Below are positions 50,631 through 60,498 of a DNA stretch of 64,000 nt, in pieces. The stretch is from an uncultured Acidobacteriota bacterium (GTDB lineage Bacteria > Acidobacteriota > Thermoanaerobaculia > Multivoradales > UBA5704). The stretch covers positions 192,001 to 256,000 of the forward strand of contig OY969474.1 in NCBI GenBank assembly GCA_963700145.1, given 5' to 3'. A program made the position numbers and the translations under genes. The notes beneath the pieces are model-generated. The model worked only from the letters and a program-made list of their open reading frames with translations. It was not told the origin of the DNA and ran no database searches. Every line of letters begins with the position of its first letter. The first letter of the stretch is position 1.

Positions 50631-51953
50631 TTACCGACAGATGAAGGCGCTGGTGTCGAGCGTCGTCTTGTAGGTCTGTCCCTTCGGGCTCGTCTGCGTC
50701 CAGACGGCGCCGGTCGCCAGGTTGGTTACCCTGACGAGGACGTTGACGTCCGTCATGCCGGCGGTGAAGACCCAGATGCGATCGTTGAGCGCGCAGCCGT
50801 CGAGCACTTTGGCGAGCACCTCGACGTTGGCGGCGTCGAAGAAGGTGGCGTAGACCGTGTCGTCGCTCAACCGCACGACATTGCCGGCCTGGAGGGCCTG
50901 CGCGGGCGAGGTCCTGTAAAAGGCCTCGACCTTGAAGGGGCCGGTCGGCGCGGTGTGGTCGGTCTGCACCAGCGCCGAGCTGCCGCCGGCGCTCGCTGGG
51001 CAGAGCGGCTCGCAAGCGTCGCCGGCCCCCACGCCGTCGCTGTTCTCCTGGCCCGGGTTCGGCGTTGCCGGGCAGTTGTCGACCAGGTCTCCGACCCCAT
51101 CGCCGTCGGAGTCGTCGTCGCCGGGGGTGTCGCAGGCGTCCCCGACGCCGTCGCCGTTGCCGTCGGACTGATCGGCGTTGGGGTCGACCGGACAGTTGTC
51201 CACGACGTCGGGGATGCCGTCGTCGTCGGCATCGACATCGGCCACCGCGCAGTCCGCGCTCGCCGCCGCGTGGCTGACGACGATGTCGCCCGACACGGTC
51301 AGGCCGCCAAGGACCGCGGCGTCGAGATAGACGTGGATGGCGTTGACCGTGATCCCAGCCGCGCTCCCGCCGCCGCTCGTGGACTGCTCGTTGAGGACCA
51401 CGCGGACGCCTAAGCCGTCGAAGGCGACCGTGTTGGGCGCGGGATGGGAGGCCAGCGTGACGACCGTCGGAAGCGGGTTGGCGATCGTCAGGCTGGCGTC
51501 CTCGAGGACTGTCGAGCCGGAGGCCGCCAGCGCGCCGCAGGCGCCGGAGGTCCCGGCCTCGACGCGGACCGTCGTCGCGTTGAGCCGGACCGCGGTCGCG
51601 GCTTGGACCGCCAGGTCGTTGACGACCGCTTGGGCGCTGGTATCGCTGGCCTGCGGGGCGGCCGACGCCGCGCTCACCGCGAGCACGCCGGTGGTGAGAA
51701 ACGTGCCCAACGGGGGCGAGGAGGCGCTCGCGGAGGCCGCTTGGTCGTCGAGGTCGTAGGACGGCGACGACGTACCGGCCACGGCCGGCGTCGGCGCCAC
51801 CGCGACGGTCAGCGGCCCGGCCTGGACGCCGGCCGAGACGCCGAAGGCGTCGCTCTGCCCTGCCGGGGTGGTCGCGGCGGCGAGGGGTGGGACGAGGGCC
51901 AGGGCCGCGAGCGCGGCGAATGAAGCGAGGCGGACGAGGGACGAAGCGTTCAT
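50631..51953 (-). CDS. Secreted protein with an N-terminal beta-rich domain, thrombospondin type-3 repeats and a conserved C-terminal domain
   Basis: DDDGIPDVVDNCP..PNADQ.D.NGDGVGDAC repeats; C-terminal NVEVLAKVLDGC..N..IWVF.AG.TDV...DTSAF. Confidence 0.8.
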   Translation of the reverse strand: MNASSLVRLASFAALAALALVPPLAAATTPAGQSDAFGVSAGVQAGPLTVAVAPTPAVAGTSSPSYDLDDQAASASASSPPLGTFLTTGVLAVSAASAAPQASDTSAQAVVNDLAVQAATAVRLNATTVRVEAGTSGACGALAASGSTVLEDASLTIANPLPTVVTLASHPAPNTVAFDGLGVRVVLNEQSTSGGGSAAGITVNAIHVYLDAAVLGGLTVSGDIVVSHAAASADCAVADVDADDDGIPDVVDNCPVDPNADQSDGNGDGVGDACDTPGDDDSDGDGVGDLVDNCPATPNPGQENSDGVGAGDACEPLCPASAGGSSALVQTDHTAPTGPFKVEAFYRTSPAQALQAGNVVRLSDDTVYATFFDAANVEVLAKVLDGCALNDRIWVFTAGMTDVNVLVRVTNLATGAVWTQTSPKGQTYKTTLDTSAFICR

Positions 51954-52098
51954 GAGGTCCTCCTTTCTCATCCAGCCTCAATGTAGAAAGGGGTCACGCA
52001 AATGTCATGTCGTCAATTCGTTTAAATGAGCATGATCGCAGGACGACGGCGCTGTCGTCCGCGGGACGACAACCGGACCGCCCCGCGGCAGTCGGTGG

Positions 52099-52731
52099 TC
52101 AGTCGTCCAGCAGGCCGTGCTCGACCGCGTAGCGGGTGAGCTCGGCGTTACTGTGCAGGCCGAGCTTGGTGAGGATGCGCCCGCGGTAGGTGCTGACGGT
52201 GCTCTTGCTCAGCGATAGGATGGCCGCCACCTCCTTGACCACCTTGCCCGAGGCCAGGAGGCGGAGGACTTCGTGCTCCCGCTCCGAGAGCACCTCGTCC
52301 GGCGGCCGGTCGGAAGCGTGCCCGCTGTCGACCAGCCGCTCGACGACGCGGCGGTTGATGTAGGTCTCGCCGCGCAGCAACTGGCGTAACGCCTGCACCA
52401 GCTCGCCCGCCGTTCGGTCCTTCGTCAGGTAGCCGGCGGCGCCCGCCCGCAGCGCGCGCAAGGCGTACTCGTCCGACTCGTGGACGCTGAGCACCAGGAC
52501 GGGGACTTCAGGGGCGATCTCGCGACAGCTCGCGCAGCAGGTCGAGGCCGCTGCGGCCGGGGAGCGAGACGTCGAGCACGACCGCGTCCCACGGGTCGCC
52601 GCGGAACTTGGCCAGCGCCTCGGCCGCGTCACCGGCCTCGCCGGCGACGACCAGGTCGGGGTCTCGGAGAGGATGCCGCGCAGGCCGGCGCGGACGATCG
52701 GATGGTCGTCGACGATCAGCACCCGCCGCAT
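52099..52731 (-). CDS. NarL/UvrY-family response regulator with two compensating frameshifts in the receiver domain
   Basis: VLIVDDHPIVR start and LuxR HTH (LSEREHEVL...STVSTYR); the DLVVAGEA...VVLDVSLPGRSGLDLLREL segment lies in another frame. Confidence 0.8.
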   Translation of the reverse strand: MRRVLIVDDHPIVRAGLRGILSETPTWSSPARPVTRPRRWPSSAATRGTRSCSTSRSPAAAASTCCASCREIAPEVPVLVLSVHESDEYALRALRAGAAGYLTKDRTAGELVQALRQLLRGETYINRRVVERLVDSGHASDRPPDEVLSEREHEVLRLLASGKVVKEVAAILSLSKSTVSTYRGRILTKLGLHSNAELTRYAVEHGLLDD

Positions 52732-52979
52732 GTGCGCAACAATAAATCAATCGTGCAGCGGCTGAATTGACCGGCGCTTGGCGGAAAGCGGCGACCGCCG
52801 GCGGTTTACTCGCGCAGCACGCGCCGGGCCCACTCGAGGATCGGCAGCTCGACGTACTCGCGGTGGCGGGGGGTCATGAAGTGGTCGATGTGGGGCGCCG
52901 GGCGGGCGGCGGGCGAGCTTGTGACTGTCAGTCACAAGTGCTACGATGACCGTCCCCCGCCGCGGGGAGGTCGGGCCGC

Positions 52980-53501
52980 ATGATCGGAGAGAGCTGGGTC
53001 ACCACGACGTTCGAGAAGCTCGAGGACTGGGGGCAGCGCAACTCCTTCTGGCCCTTCCCCTTCGGCACCGCCTGCTGCGCCATCGAGTTCATGTCCACGG
53101 TGTCGTCGCACTACGACGTCTCGCGCTTCGGCGCCGAGGTCGTGCGCTTCTCGCCGCGGCAGAGCGACGTGCTCCTCGTCGCCGGCACCATCAACGACAA
53201 GATGGCGCCGGTGCTCAAGCGGATCTACGACCAGATGCCGGACCCCAAGTGGGTGATCTCGATGGGCGCCTGCGCCTGCTCGGGCGGCTTCTACCGCGCC
53301 TACCACGTGATGCAGGGGATCGACGAGATCATCCCGGTGGACGTCTACGTGCCGGGGTGCCCGCCGACACCCGAGGGGCTGATCTACGGCATCCTGCAGC
53401 TCAAGCAGAAGGTGGTGCGCGACCGCAAGCGTCACCGGGCCCGCGCCTCGGAGGGGCCGGCGGTGGACAGGGTGGCGAGTGGAGACGCTGGCGCCGCCTA
53501 G
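52980..53501 (+). CDS. nuoB: NADH-quinone oxidoreductase subunit B
   Basis: [24 protein letters not shown] and VPGCPPTPE. Confidence 0.95.
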   Translation: MIGESWVTTTFEKLEDWGQRNSFWPFPFGTACCAIEFMSTVSSHYDVSRFGAEVVRFSPRQSDVLLVAGTINDKMAPVLKRIYDQMPDPKWVISMGACACSGGFYRAYHVMQGIDEIIPVDVYVPGCPPTPEGLIYGILQLKQKVVRDRKRHRARASEGPAVDRVASGDAGAA

Positions 53502-55188
53502 CGCGCTGCCCGGGGTCGCCGGCCGCTTCCCGGAAGGAGCGGTGGCACCCGAGGCGGGGAGCGACCTGCCGACCTGGGTGGTGCGCCGCGAGGCTTTGCC
53601 CGAGTTGGCGCGCGCCCTCCGCGACGACCCCGAGACCCGCTTCGACCTCCTCTCCGACGTCTGCGGCGTCGATTACCCCGAGCGCTCGGCCGAGGAAGGC
53701 GGTCGCTTCGACGCCGTCTACCACCTCTACTCGATCCCGCGCAACGAGCGGCTGCGGCTCAAGGTGCCGGTGCCGGCGGACGACCCGGTGGTGCCGTCGC
53801 TGGTCGGCGTCTGGAAGGCGGCCGACTGGGCCGAGCGCGAGCTCTGGGACATGTTCGGCATCCGCGCCGAGGGCCACCCGAACCTGCGCCGCATCCTCTG
53901 CCACGAGGCCTTCGTCGGCCACCCGCTGCGCAAGGACTACGACGCGGCGCGCCGCTGGATCCTGACCGAGGACAAGATCTACAAGCCGAAGTTCGACCTG
54001 CCGGAGTCGGGCGACGACCTCTTCGAGCGGATGACCATCAACATCGGCCCGTCGCACCCGGCGATGCACGGCACCTTCCGCCTCACCGCCGTCCTCGACG
54101 GCGAGACGATCGTCGCCTCCGACGTCGAGATCGGCTATCTCCACCGCTGCTTCGAGAAGATGGCCGAGACCCACACCTGGCAGCAGGTGATCCCCTACAC
54201 CGACCGGCTCAACTACTGCTCGGCCTTCATCAACAACGTCGCTTACTGCCGGGCGGTGGAGAAGCTCCTGGGGGTCGAGGTGCCGCCGCGCGCGGTCTGG
54301 GCGCGCACCATCCTGTCCGAGCTGTCGCGGATCATGGACCACTGCGTCTGCAACGGCACGACGCTGGTGGACGCCGGCGCGCTGACCAACTTCTGGTACC
54401 TCTTCCAGCCGCGCGAGGAGATCTACGGCCTGCTGGAGGCCTGCTCCGGCGCCCGCCTGACCGTCTCCTACGGCCGCATCGGCGGCCTGTCGCAGGACCT
54501 CCCGCCCGACTTCGAGGCGCGCTGCAAGCGCCTGCTCGAGATCGTGCCGCCGTTCGTCGAGGACGTTGAGAAGCTGGTCGACCACAACCGCATCTGGCTC
54601 GACCGCTCGGTCGGCATCGCCGCGATCTCGGCGGCCGAGGCGGTCAACTGGGGGTGGACGGGGCCCTGCCTACGCGCCTCGGGCGTGCCCTACGACGTGC
54701 GGCGCGCCCAGCCCTACGACCTCTACGACACGGTGGACTGGGAGGTGCCGGTCCTCTACGGCGGCGACGTCTACGACCGCTACCGCATCCGGATGCTGGA
54801 GATCCGCGAGTCGCTCAAGATCGTGCGCCAGCTCCTCGAGCGCGGCATGCCGGAGGGGCCGTACATCGTCGACGACCCGCACGTCGCGCTGCCGCCCAAG
54901 GAAGCCTGCTACAACCAGATGGAGGCCATGATCTACCACTTCAAGCTGATCATGGACGGCATCACCGTGCCGGCGGGGGAGCTCTACACGGTGACGGAGG
55001 GGGCCAACGGCGAGCTGGGCTTCTACGTCATCAGCGACGGCACCAACAAGCCGTATCGCTGCCACGTCCGCGGCCCGTGCTTCCCGATCTTCTCCACCTT
55101 CTCGAGCCTCATCGCCGGCGGTTCGGTCTCCGACGCCATCGTGTCGCTCGGCGGGCTCAACGTCATCGCCGGGGAGCTGGAGCGATGA
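53479..55188 (+). CDS. nuoCD: NADH-quinone oxidoreductase fused subunit C/D
   Basis: [12 protein letters not shown]...HPNLRRIL...GHPLRKDY, then [22 protein letters not shown] and GELER. Confidence 0.95.
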   Translation: METLAPPSALPGVAGRFPEGAVAPEAGSDLPTWVVRREALPELARALRDDPETRFDLLSDVCGVDYPERSAEEGGRFDAVYHLYSIPRNERLRLKVPVPADDPVVPSLVGVWKAADWAERELWDMFGIRAEGHPNLRRILCHEAFVGHPLRKDYDAARRWILTEDKIYKPKFDLPESGDDLFERMTINIGPSHPAMHGTFRLTAVLDGETIVASDVEIGYLHRCFEKMAETHTWQQVIPYTDRLNYCSAFINNVAYCRAVEKLLGVEVPPRAVWARTILSELSRIMDHCVCNGTTLVDAGALTNFWYLFQPREEIYGLLEACSGARLTVSYGRIGGLSQDLPPDFEARCKRLLEIVPPFVEDVEKLVDHNRIWLDRSVGIAAISAAEAVNWGWTGPCLRASGVPYDVRRAQPYDLYDTVDWEVPVLYGGDVYDRYRIRMLEIRESLKIVRQLLERGMPEGPYIVDDPHVALPPKEACYNQMEAMIYHFKLIMDGITVPAGELYTVTEGANGELGFYVISDGTNKPYRCHVRGPCFPIFSTFSSLIAGGSVSDAIVSLGGLNVIAGELER

Positions 55189-55844
55189 GCGAGGCGAGTC
55201 GCCCGCGCCTGCGCGAGCCCTACCCGGCGGCGCCGCGCCCGTACCGGCCGAGCCTCGCCGAGCGGCTCTACCTGCCGCTCATTCCGGGGCTGTTCGTCAC
55301 GCTCAAGCACTTCCTGCGCAACCTCCTCCGCCGGGGCGACACGCCGTACACGATCGAGTACCCCGAGGAGCGCCGCGCCTACAGCCACCGCTTCCGCGGC
55401 CACCACATCCTGACGACGCGCCCGGACGGCTCGGTGCGCTGCGTCGCCTGCTACCTCTGCGCCTGGGCCTGCCCGGCGGAGTGCATCCACATCGAGGCCG
55501 GCGAGCACCCGGACGTCAACATCGAGAAGTACCCGCTGGTCTACGAGATCGACATGCTGCGCTGCATCTTCTGCGGCTACTGCGTGGACGCCTGCCCGGA
55601 AGAGGCCATCATCATGTCCAACAACTACGACATGGCCTACTTCAACCGCGAGCAGTCGATCGTCGGCAAGTCCGACCTGATGAAGCCGTTCACCTTCGAC
55701 GAGGACCAGCTCGGCTACCGGCCGCGGTATCCTGAAGAGGACGCCCAGCGCGCCCGCATGCGGCGCGAGGCCTTCTCGATCGTCGAAGCCGCCCGCGCCG
55801 CCCAGGAGCGCGAAGAGCTGGCGGCCCGGGCCGGCGGCCGCTAA
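55185..55844 (+). CDS. nuoI: NADH-quinone oxidoreductase subunit I
   Basis: [19 protein letters not shown] and [12 protein letters not shown]; ATG at 55185. Confidence 0.93.
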   Translation: MSEASRPRLREPYPAAPRPYRPSLAERLYLPLIPGLFVTLKHFLRNLLRRGDTPYTIEYPEERRAYSHRFRGHHILTTRPDGSVRCVACYLCAWACPAECIHIEAGEHPDVNIEKYPLVYEIDMLRCIFCGYCVDACPEEAIIMSNNYDMAYFNREQSIVGKSDLMKPFTFDEDQLGYRPRYPEEDAQRARMRREAFSIVEAARAAQEREELAARAGGR

Positions 55845-56797
55845 CCGCCCCCCTCCCCCTCACCGGCAGAGGCCGGGACGGCGTCGAGCACCGCGTCGTC
55901 GAGCGGCAGAGCGAGCGCGGCCAGGTTCTCCTCGAGCTGGGCCGCCGACGTGACGCCGAGCAGGACGCTCGAAAGGCCCGGCTGCCGCAGCAGCCAGCGC
56001 AGCGCGAGCTGGGCGGGCGAGACGCCGTGGCCCTTGGCCAGGTCCGCCAGGCGCCGCGCGTAGGCGATCGCCTCGGGTCCGGCGTTCTCCCGCAGCCAGG
56101 CGTGGGCCTCCAGACGCGTGTCGGCGCCGATCCCCTGCGCGTACTTGTTGGTCAGCACGCCGGAGGCCAGCGGGCTCCAGGCGAAGAGCCCGAGCCCGGT
56201 CTCCGCGAGCACCGGCAGCACCTCTTCCTGGACGCGCCGCCGGACCAGCAGGTTGAACTGGCTCTGCTCGACGATGGGCGCGTGCCATCCCGCCGCCCGG
56301 CAGAGCTCGACGGCGCGGCGGATCTCGGCGGCGGGCCATTGGCTGGTGCCCCAGTAGAGGAGCTTGCCGGCCCGGCAGAGGTCCTCCATCGCCCGGGCGG
56401 TCTCCTCGATCTCGGTCTCGGGGTCGTGGCGGTGGCAGAAGTAGATGTCGAGGTGATCGAGCCCCAGCCGGGCCAGCGACCCTTCGACCGACTCGACGAC
56501 GTGCTTGCGCGACAGGCCGCGCTCGGTCACGTGCGGGCCGGTGGGGAAGAAGGCCTTGCTGGTGACGACGATCGCGCTCCGCGGCAGCGCCTTGAGGATC
56601 GGCCCCAGCAGCGCCTCCGCCTCGCCTTGCGCGTAGACGTCGGCGAGATCGAAGAGGTTGATCCCGGCGTCGAATGCGCGGCGGACGAGCGCCGCCGCCT
56701 CGCCGCGGTCGCGGAGCTTGGCGCCGAAGGTCAGCCAGGCGCCGAGACCGAAGACGCTCACCTTGAGACCCGACCGGCCGACGCGGCGATATTCCAT
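55841..56797 (-). CDS. Aldo/keto reductase (Kv-beta/Tas-like)
   Basis: MEYRRVGRSGLKVS..GLGAWLTFG, FDLADVY, GLSRKH, DIYFCHR, WSPLASGVL and QLEENL. Confidence 0.92.
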   Translation of the reverse strand: MEYRRVGRSGLKVSVFGLGAWLTFGAKLRDRGEAAALVRRAFDAGINLFDLADVYAQGEAEALLGPILKALPRSAIVVTSKAFFPTGPHVTERGLSRKHVVESVEGSLARLGLDHLDIYFCHRHDPETEIEETARAMEDLCRAGKLLYWGTSQWPAAEIRRAVELCRAAGWHAPIVEQSQFNLLVRRRVQEEVLPVLAETGLGLFAWSPLASGVLTNKYAQGIGADTRLEAHAWLRENAGPEAIAYARRLADLAKGHGVSPAQLALRWLLRQPGLSSVLLGVTSAAQLEENLAALALPLDDAVLDAVPASAGEGEGGG

Positions 56798-56808
56798 TGT
56801 TTCGGTCC

Positions 56809-57978
56809 TCAGGCAGACCGCAGCACGCGCTGCACGGCCTCCACGTAGCTCAGCACCCCGTCGCGCGTGAGCATCGTCGCCGACGGCTCGTAGCCGCCTT
56901 CCTCGTAGATGTGTGGCAGCGGCAGGTAGCCGACGTAGTCGTTGGCATAGCTGACCGGCAGGCAGGCGGCCGGGTCCGCGACGCAGCCGCGGATGCGGTC
57001 GCCCGTCTCGGCCAGGCACTCTCCGCCGAGCGCGGCCAGTGCCACCGGGCCGATCCTCAGCACCTGCGCCTCGACGCGCATCCCGCCGTCCCGCGCCGTC
57101 CGCCGCCGCTGTGCGACGGTGAGGTAGGGGTGGTCCTTGCCTTCGAGCAAGCTCTCCGCGCTGGCGGCGGACAGGGCGACGGACGGCTGGCCCGCCGCAG
57201 TCCGCACCGCCGCGAGCGCGGCGTCCGCCACGGCGCGGGCGACCTCCTCCACCTGCGCGTACGTGCCCCCGGTCCACACCCGCGGGTTGTTGTCCCCGGC
57301 GGCGCCGTTCAGGAAGAGCCAGGCGCCCCCGGTCTCGCGCTCCAGGGTCGTGGTCAGCACGCCGCACCAGTCGCCGCTGACCATCAGGCTGTCGCCGCCG
57401 AGGACGACGGGGTGCATGGCGGCGTGCACGAGCCGCGCGATCGGGGCGCCGCCGGACGCCGCGAACGACAGCACCGCCAGGCGCCGGTCGACGGGTCCCT
57501 CGGGGTTCGGCTCGAGCCGGACCGCCCCGTCGCGGGGGTGGCGGCGGTTGACCGCCGTGTCGATCGTGCCGTGACCGACGCGCAGCTCGCAGTCTTCGAG
57601 GCGGTGGGCGGCGCGGAAGACGGTGCCGGCGACCTGGTGCACCAGCGTCGTCAGCCACCAGTCGCTGATCGGCGGGGCGAAGGCGTACCAGTCGAGCGTG
57701 TCCGGGCCGGAGTGGGTGTGCGTACACGCCACCAGGACGTGCGCGGGCGGGATCCCGGTGAGCCGCTCGACGGCCGCCCGGATGCGCGCGACGTGGTCGC
57801 GCTCGAGCCAGAGCAGATCGCAGGAGACGACGGCGTAGCGCCGGCCGTCCTGCTCCAGGACCAGCGCCCGGGCGTGGAGCTCGTCGGCGACGTCCACGGC
57901 GATGCGCCGACCCCGGTGGCCGGCGAGCTGCACGGGCAGGGGCGGGGTGACGACGGTCCTGGCGGCCCCGGCCTTCAG
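56809..57978 (-). CDS. Neutral/alkaline ceramidase-like amidohydrolase
   Basis: KAGAARTVVTP...DELHARALVL...CTHTHSGP...MHPV...SGDW.G...NGAAGD..P...SYANDYVGYLP...GGYE; probable CTG start overlaps the rSAM stop after GGAGG. Confidence 0.8.
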   Translation of the reverse strand: MKAGAARTVVTPPLPVQLAGHRGRRIAVDVADELHARALVLEQDGRRYAVVSCDLLWLERDHVARIRAAVERLTGIPPAHVLVACTHTHSGPDTLDWYAFAPPISDWWLTTLVHQVAGTVFRAAHRLEDCELRVGHGTIDTAVNRRHPRDGAVRLEPNPEGPVDRRLAVLSFAASGGAPIARLVHAAMHPVVLGGDSLMVSGDWCGVLTTTLERETGGAWLFLNGAAGDNNPRVWTGGTYAQVEEVARAVADAALAAVRTAAGQPSVALSAASAESLLEGKDHPYLTVAQRRRTARDGGMRVEAQVLRIGPVALAALGGECLAETGDRIRGCVADPAACLPVSYANDYVGYLPLPHIYEEGGYEPSATMLTRDGVLSYVEAVQRVLRSA

Positions 57979-58922
57979 CGCGCCGCCTCCAGCAGCTGCA
58001 GGTTGACCGACGGCCGCGGCGGCCGCCGGTCGCCTTCGCACTTCCGGCAGCCGGCGCAGTGGGGAACGTTCTGCCGGCCGGCGGCGAGGATCAGCTCGCG
58101 GAAGCGCCGTGCGCGGCGGATCAACGCCGACAACGGCTCGCTGCAGAGGTTGCCCACGTGTCCGGAGCCGTGGCGGCCGAGCAGGCAGACGAACGCCTCG
58201 CCCGCCGGGCTGACGCAGACCGCGTGCCCGGCCCAGAAGCAGGGTCCGGCCGGCAGCGGCGCCACGGCCGGCACGTCCGCCCAGTCGCTGACCACCGCGG
58301 CGCCGCCGGCCGTCTCCGGCTGACGGGGGACGGCGAGGTCGTCGCCCGTAGGCAGGATCGGGCTGACCCGCTGCCAGGCGTCCACCGACCGCGCGAGGCG
58401 CAGGAACTCGTCGTCGTAGGCCGCGCGCCGCTCGCGCAGGTCGAGCTGGTAGAGGACGATCCGCGGCCGCCGCGCCGCGCCCCGGGCCTCGAGGAGCCGC
58501 CACGCGCCGGCGATCGCCCGATCGTAGGTGCCGGCGCCGCGGTTGGCCTCGTGGCTGGCGCGGCTGCCGCCGTCGATGGAGAGATAGATCGTGCAGTCGC
58601 CGGCGGCGGCGATCACTCGGGCCGCCAGCCGCCGGTTGAGGAGCATGGCGTTGGTGTGGAACTGGACCGGGAAGGCCGGCCGGCGCGTCATGATCATCGC
58701 CAGCAGCTCGGGGAACCGCGGGTTCATCAGCGGCTCGCCCCGCCAGTTGAAGGTCAGCTCTTGCACCGCGGCGCCGGCGTCTCGCTCGACCTGGTCCAGC
58801 ATCCTGCCCAGCCGGTCGGCGTCCAGGTCCTCGGCCGCATGGTCCCGGCGGGTGTAGCAGAGGCTGCAGGCGATGTTGCACCGGCGGGTGGGATCGATCC
58901 ACAGCCAGACCTTGTCCGCCAC
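57975..58922 (-). CDS. Radical SAM enzyme with a twitch/SPASM-type auxiliary Fe-S domain
   Basis: CNIACSLC, RGEPLMNP, HTNA and SIDG; C-terminal PCFW...VC...GNL...CAGC; GTG start after GGAGG. Confidence 0.9.
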   Translation of the reverse strand: MADKVWLWIDPTRRCNIACSLCYTRRDHAAEDLDADRLGRMLDQVERDAGAAVQELTFNWRGEPLMNPRFPELLAMIMTRRPAFPVQFHTNAMLLNRRLAARVIAAAGDCTIYLSIDGGSRASHEANRGAGTYDRAIAGAWRLLEARGAARRPRIVLYQLDLRERRAAYDDEFLRLARSVDAWQRVSPILPTGDDLAVPRQPETAGGAAVVSDWADVPAVAPLPAGPCFWAGHAVCVSPAGEAFVCLLGRHGSGHVGNLCSEPLSALIRRARRFRELILAAGRQNVPHCAGCRKCEGDRRPPRPSVNLQLLEAAR

Positions 58923-58939
58923 GGGGCCTCCGGCGGTGC

Positions 58940-60240
58940 CTATTCGACTTCGTCCGGTTGGAAGCTCGCCAGCGTCCCGGACAGCGCCGGCCGCAGCGTC
59001 AGGCTCGCCCGTCCCGCGGCGATCTCGCCCGCCAACAGCGGGCTGCGGTCGAGGATCGCCTGCCGCAGCGCGGCCAGCAGCGCGGCGGCGCGCTCGGCAT
59101 AGAGGTAGTGCGCGTAGCGCAGCTCGACCGTCACCACGAGCTCGTGACGGCCGGCGTCGCCGCGGTGGTCGAGGCACGCCTTCACGTGGCCCAGCGCCGA
59201 GCGGTCGGCGACGCCGGTCACCTTGGGAAACATCGCCGAGGAGGCGACGTCGGGGTGCTCGTCGAGGACGTCGTAGAGGTCGTGGCCGGCGAGGAGCGCC
59301 GCGGGACCGGAGGGCGTGGGGACGACGACGCAGGACGACAGCCGCCCCCGCAGCTCGAACCCCAGGGGGTCGACCGGGCAGTCGGTCGCGGTGACGGTCA
59401 CGACGTCGCCCGTGAAGTAGCGGATCATCGGCTGCTTCTGGACGAAGGGGCGGAGGCAGGTCAGCACCAGGACGCCGGTGCCGCGCCGGATGGGCGTCGC
59501 CGCGGCCGGGTCCACGACCTCCGGCAGCAGGTGCGGGTCGCAGTGGTAGGCGCCGCACTCGGCGCAGCGGTCGGCCCCGCCGAAGACCTCGCTGAGGCTG
59601 TAGCGGCTGCGCAGCGGCGCGCCCCAGGTCTCCTCCAGCCAGCGCCGCAGCCGGCCGGTCACGAAGTCGCCGGTCGTGACGATGGCGCCGACCCTGGAGA
59701 GTGAGAAGTCGAACCCCGCCTCGATCAGCCGGCAGGTGGCGATCCGCACTTGCGACTCGAGGCCGACGAAGACGGTGTCGCGCCGCCCCGAGCCGTCGCC
59801 CGCGAAGAGGGCGGCGAGCGCACCCGGCTCGACGGGGAGGGTGAAATCCGCGTGGGCGACCGGGCCGCGGTACGGCACCGGCGTCGGCTGCCCGTGGTGC
59901 GAGCCCATCGCCGCGATGCAGGGGGCGCCGGCGGCCAGGGCCTGGCCGCGCTGCAGCTCGAGGAACAGCTCGGCGATGAACTCGAGCTCGGCCGCGCTGC
60001 GGTGGAGGGTCAGCTGGCGGCCGCTGCTGCCGCCGGTCTGCTGCAGGGCGGCCGTCGGCAGGGAGGGATCGACGAAGCTCGCCGCATCCTCGAGCATGCG
60101 CTCCTTGGTGACGACGGGAAGCGCATCCAGCCGCCCGTGGGCGAGGAACTCGTCCCACCGCGAACCCCAGAGGCGGCGATAGCCGGGGACGCTTTCGCGG
60201 GCGTGCGCCAGGGTGCCCGGCAGCAGCGCCGTTCGCAGCC
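58940..60240 (-). CDS. PaaK/F390-synthetase-like adenylate-forming enzyme (start uncertain, upstream of ATG 60097)
   Basis: In-frame upstream LAHARESVPGYRRLW...LDALPVVTKE; QTGGSSG P-loop, TTGD, YSLSE, EVVDP, GVLVLT, PMIRYFTGD and LRGR. Confidence 0.8.
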
Positions 60241-60291
60241 GGTCTCGGTACTCCCGGGGGGCCTCGCTCCGCGGCTCGTCGCGACGATGGC

Positions 60292-60483
60292 CTAGGGAGA
60301 CCGTCGGCCGAACCCCGCGAACTCGGCCAGCACCGCGGCTTCCGCGAGCGCGGCCTCCGCGGCGGCGACCTGGAAGGCGGCCGCTTCGGCGACGAGTGCC
60401 AGCGGCTGGTCCTTGTTGCCGAGGGCGTTGCGATAGAGCTCCGCCAGCTCACTGACCGTGGGGACCGAGAGCGCGATCTTCAT
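60292..60483 (-). CDS. 63-aa peptide, putative RiPP precursor
   Basis: AAGGAGG RBS; MKIALSVPTVSELAELYRNALGNKDQPLA-LVAEAAAFQVAAAEAALAEAAVLAEFAGFGRRSP; first gene of an enzyme operon. Confidence 0.65.
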   Translation of the reverse strand: MKIALSVPTVSELAELYRNALGNKDQPLALVAEAAAFQVAAAEAALAEAAVLAEFAGFGRRSP

Positions 60484-60498
60484 CTGAAGCCTCCTTGC

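Noticed and set aside
53479-55188. Group 4 [NiFe]-hydrogenase large subunit
   Set aside because: Lacks the N- and C-terminal CxxC Ni-binding motifs; has NuoD HPAMHG and DRLNY signatures.
57975-60452. 825-aa radical SAM fusion protein
   Set aside because: The upstream ~510 codons are an off-frame overlap of the ligase and peptide genes; the rSAM has its own RBS and GTG at 58922.
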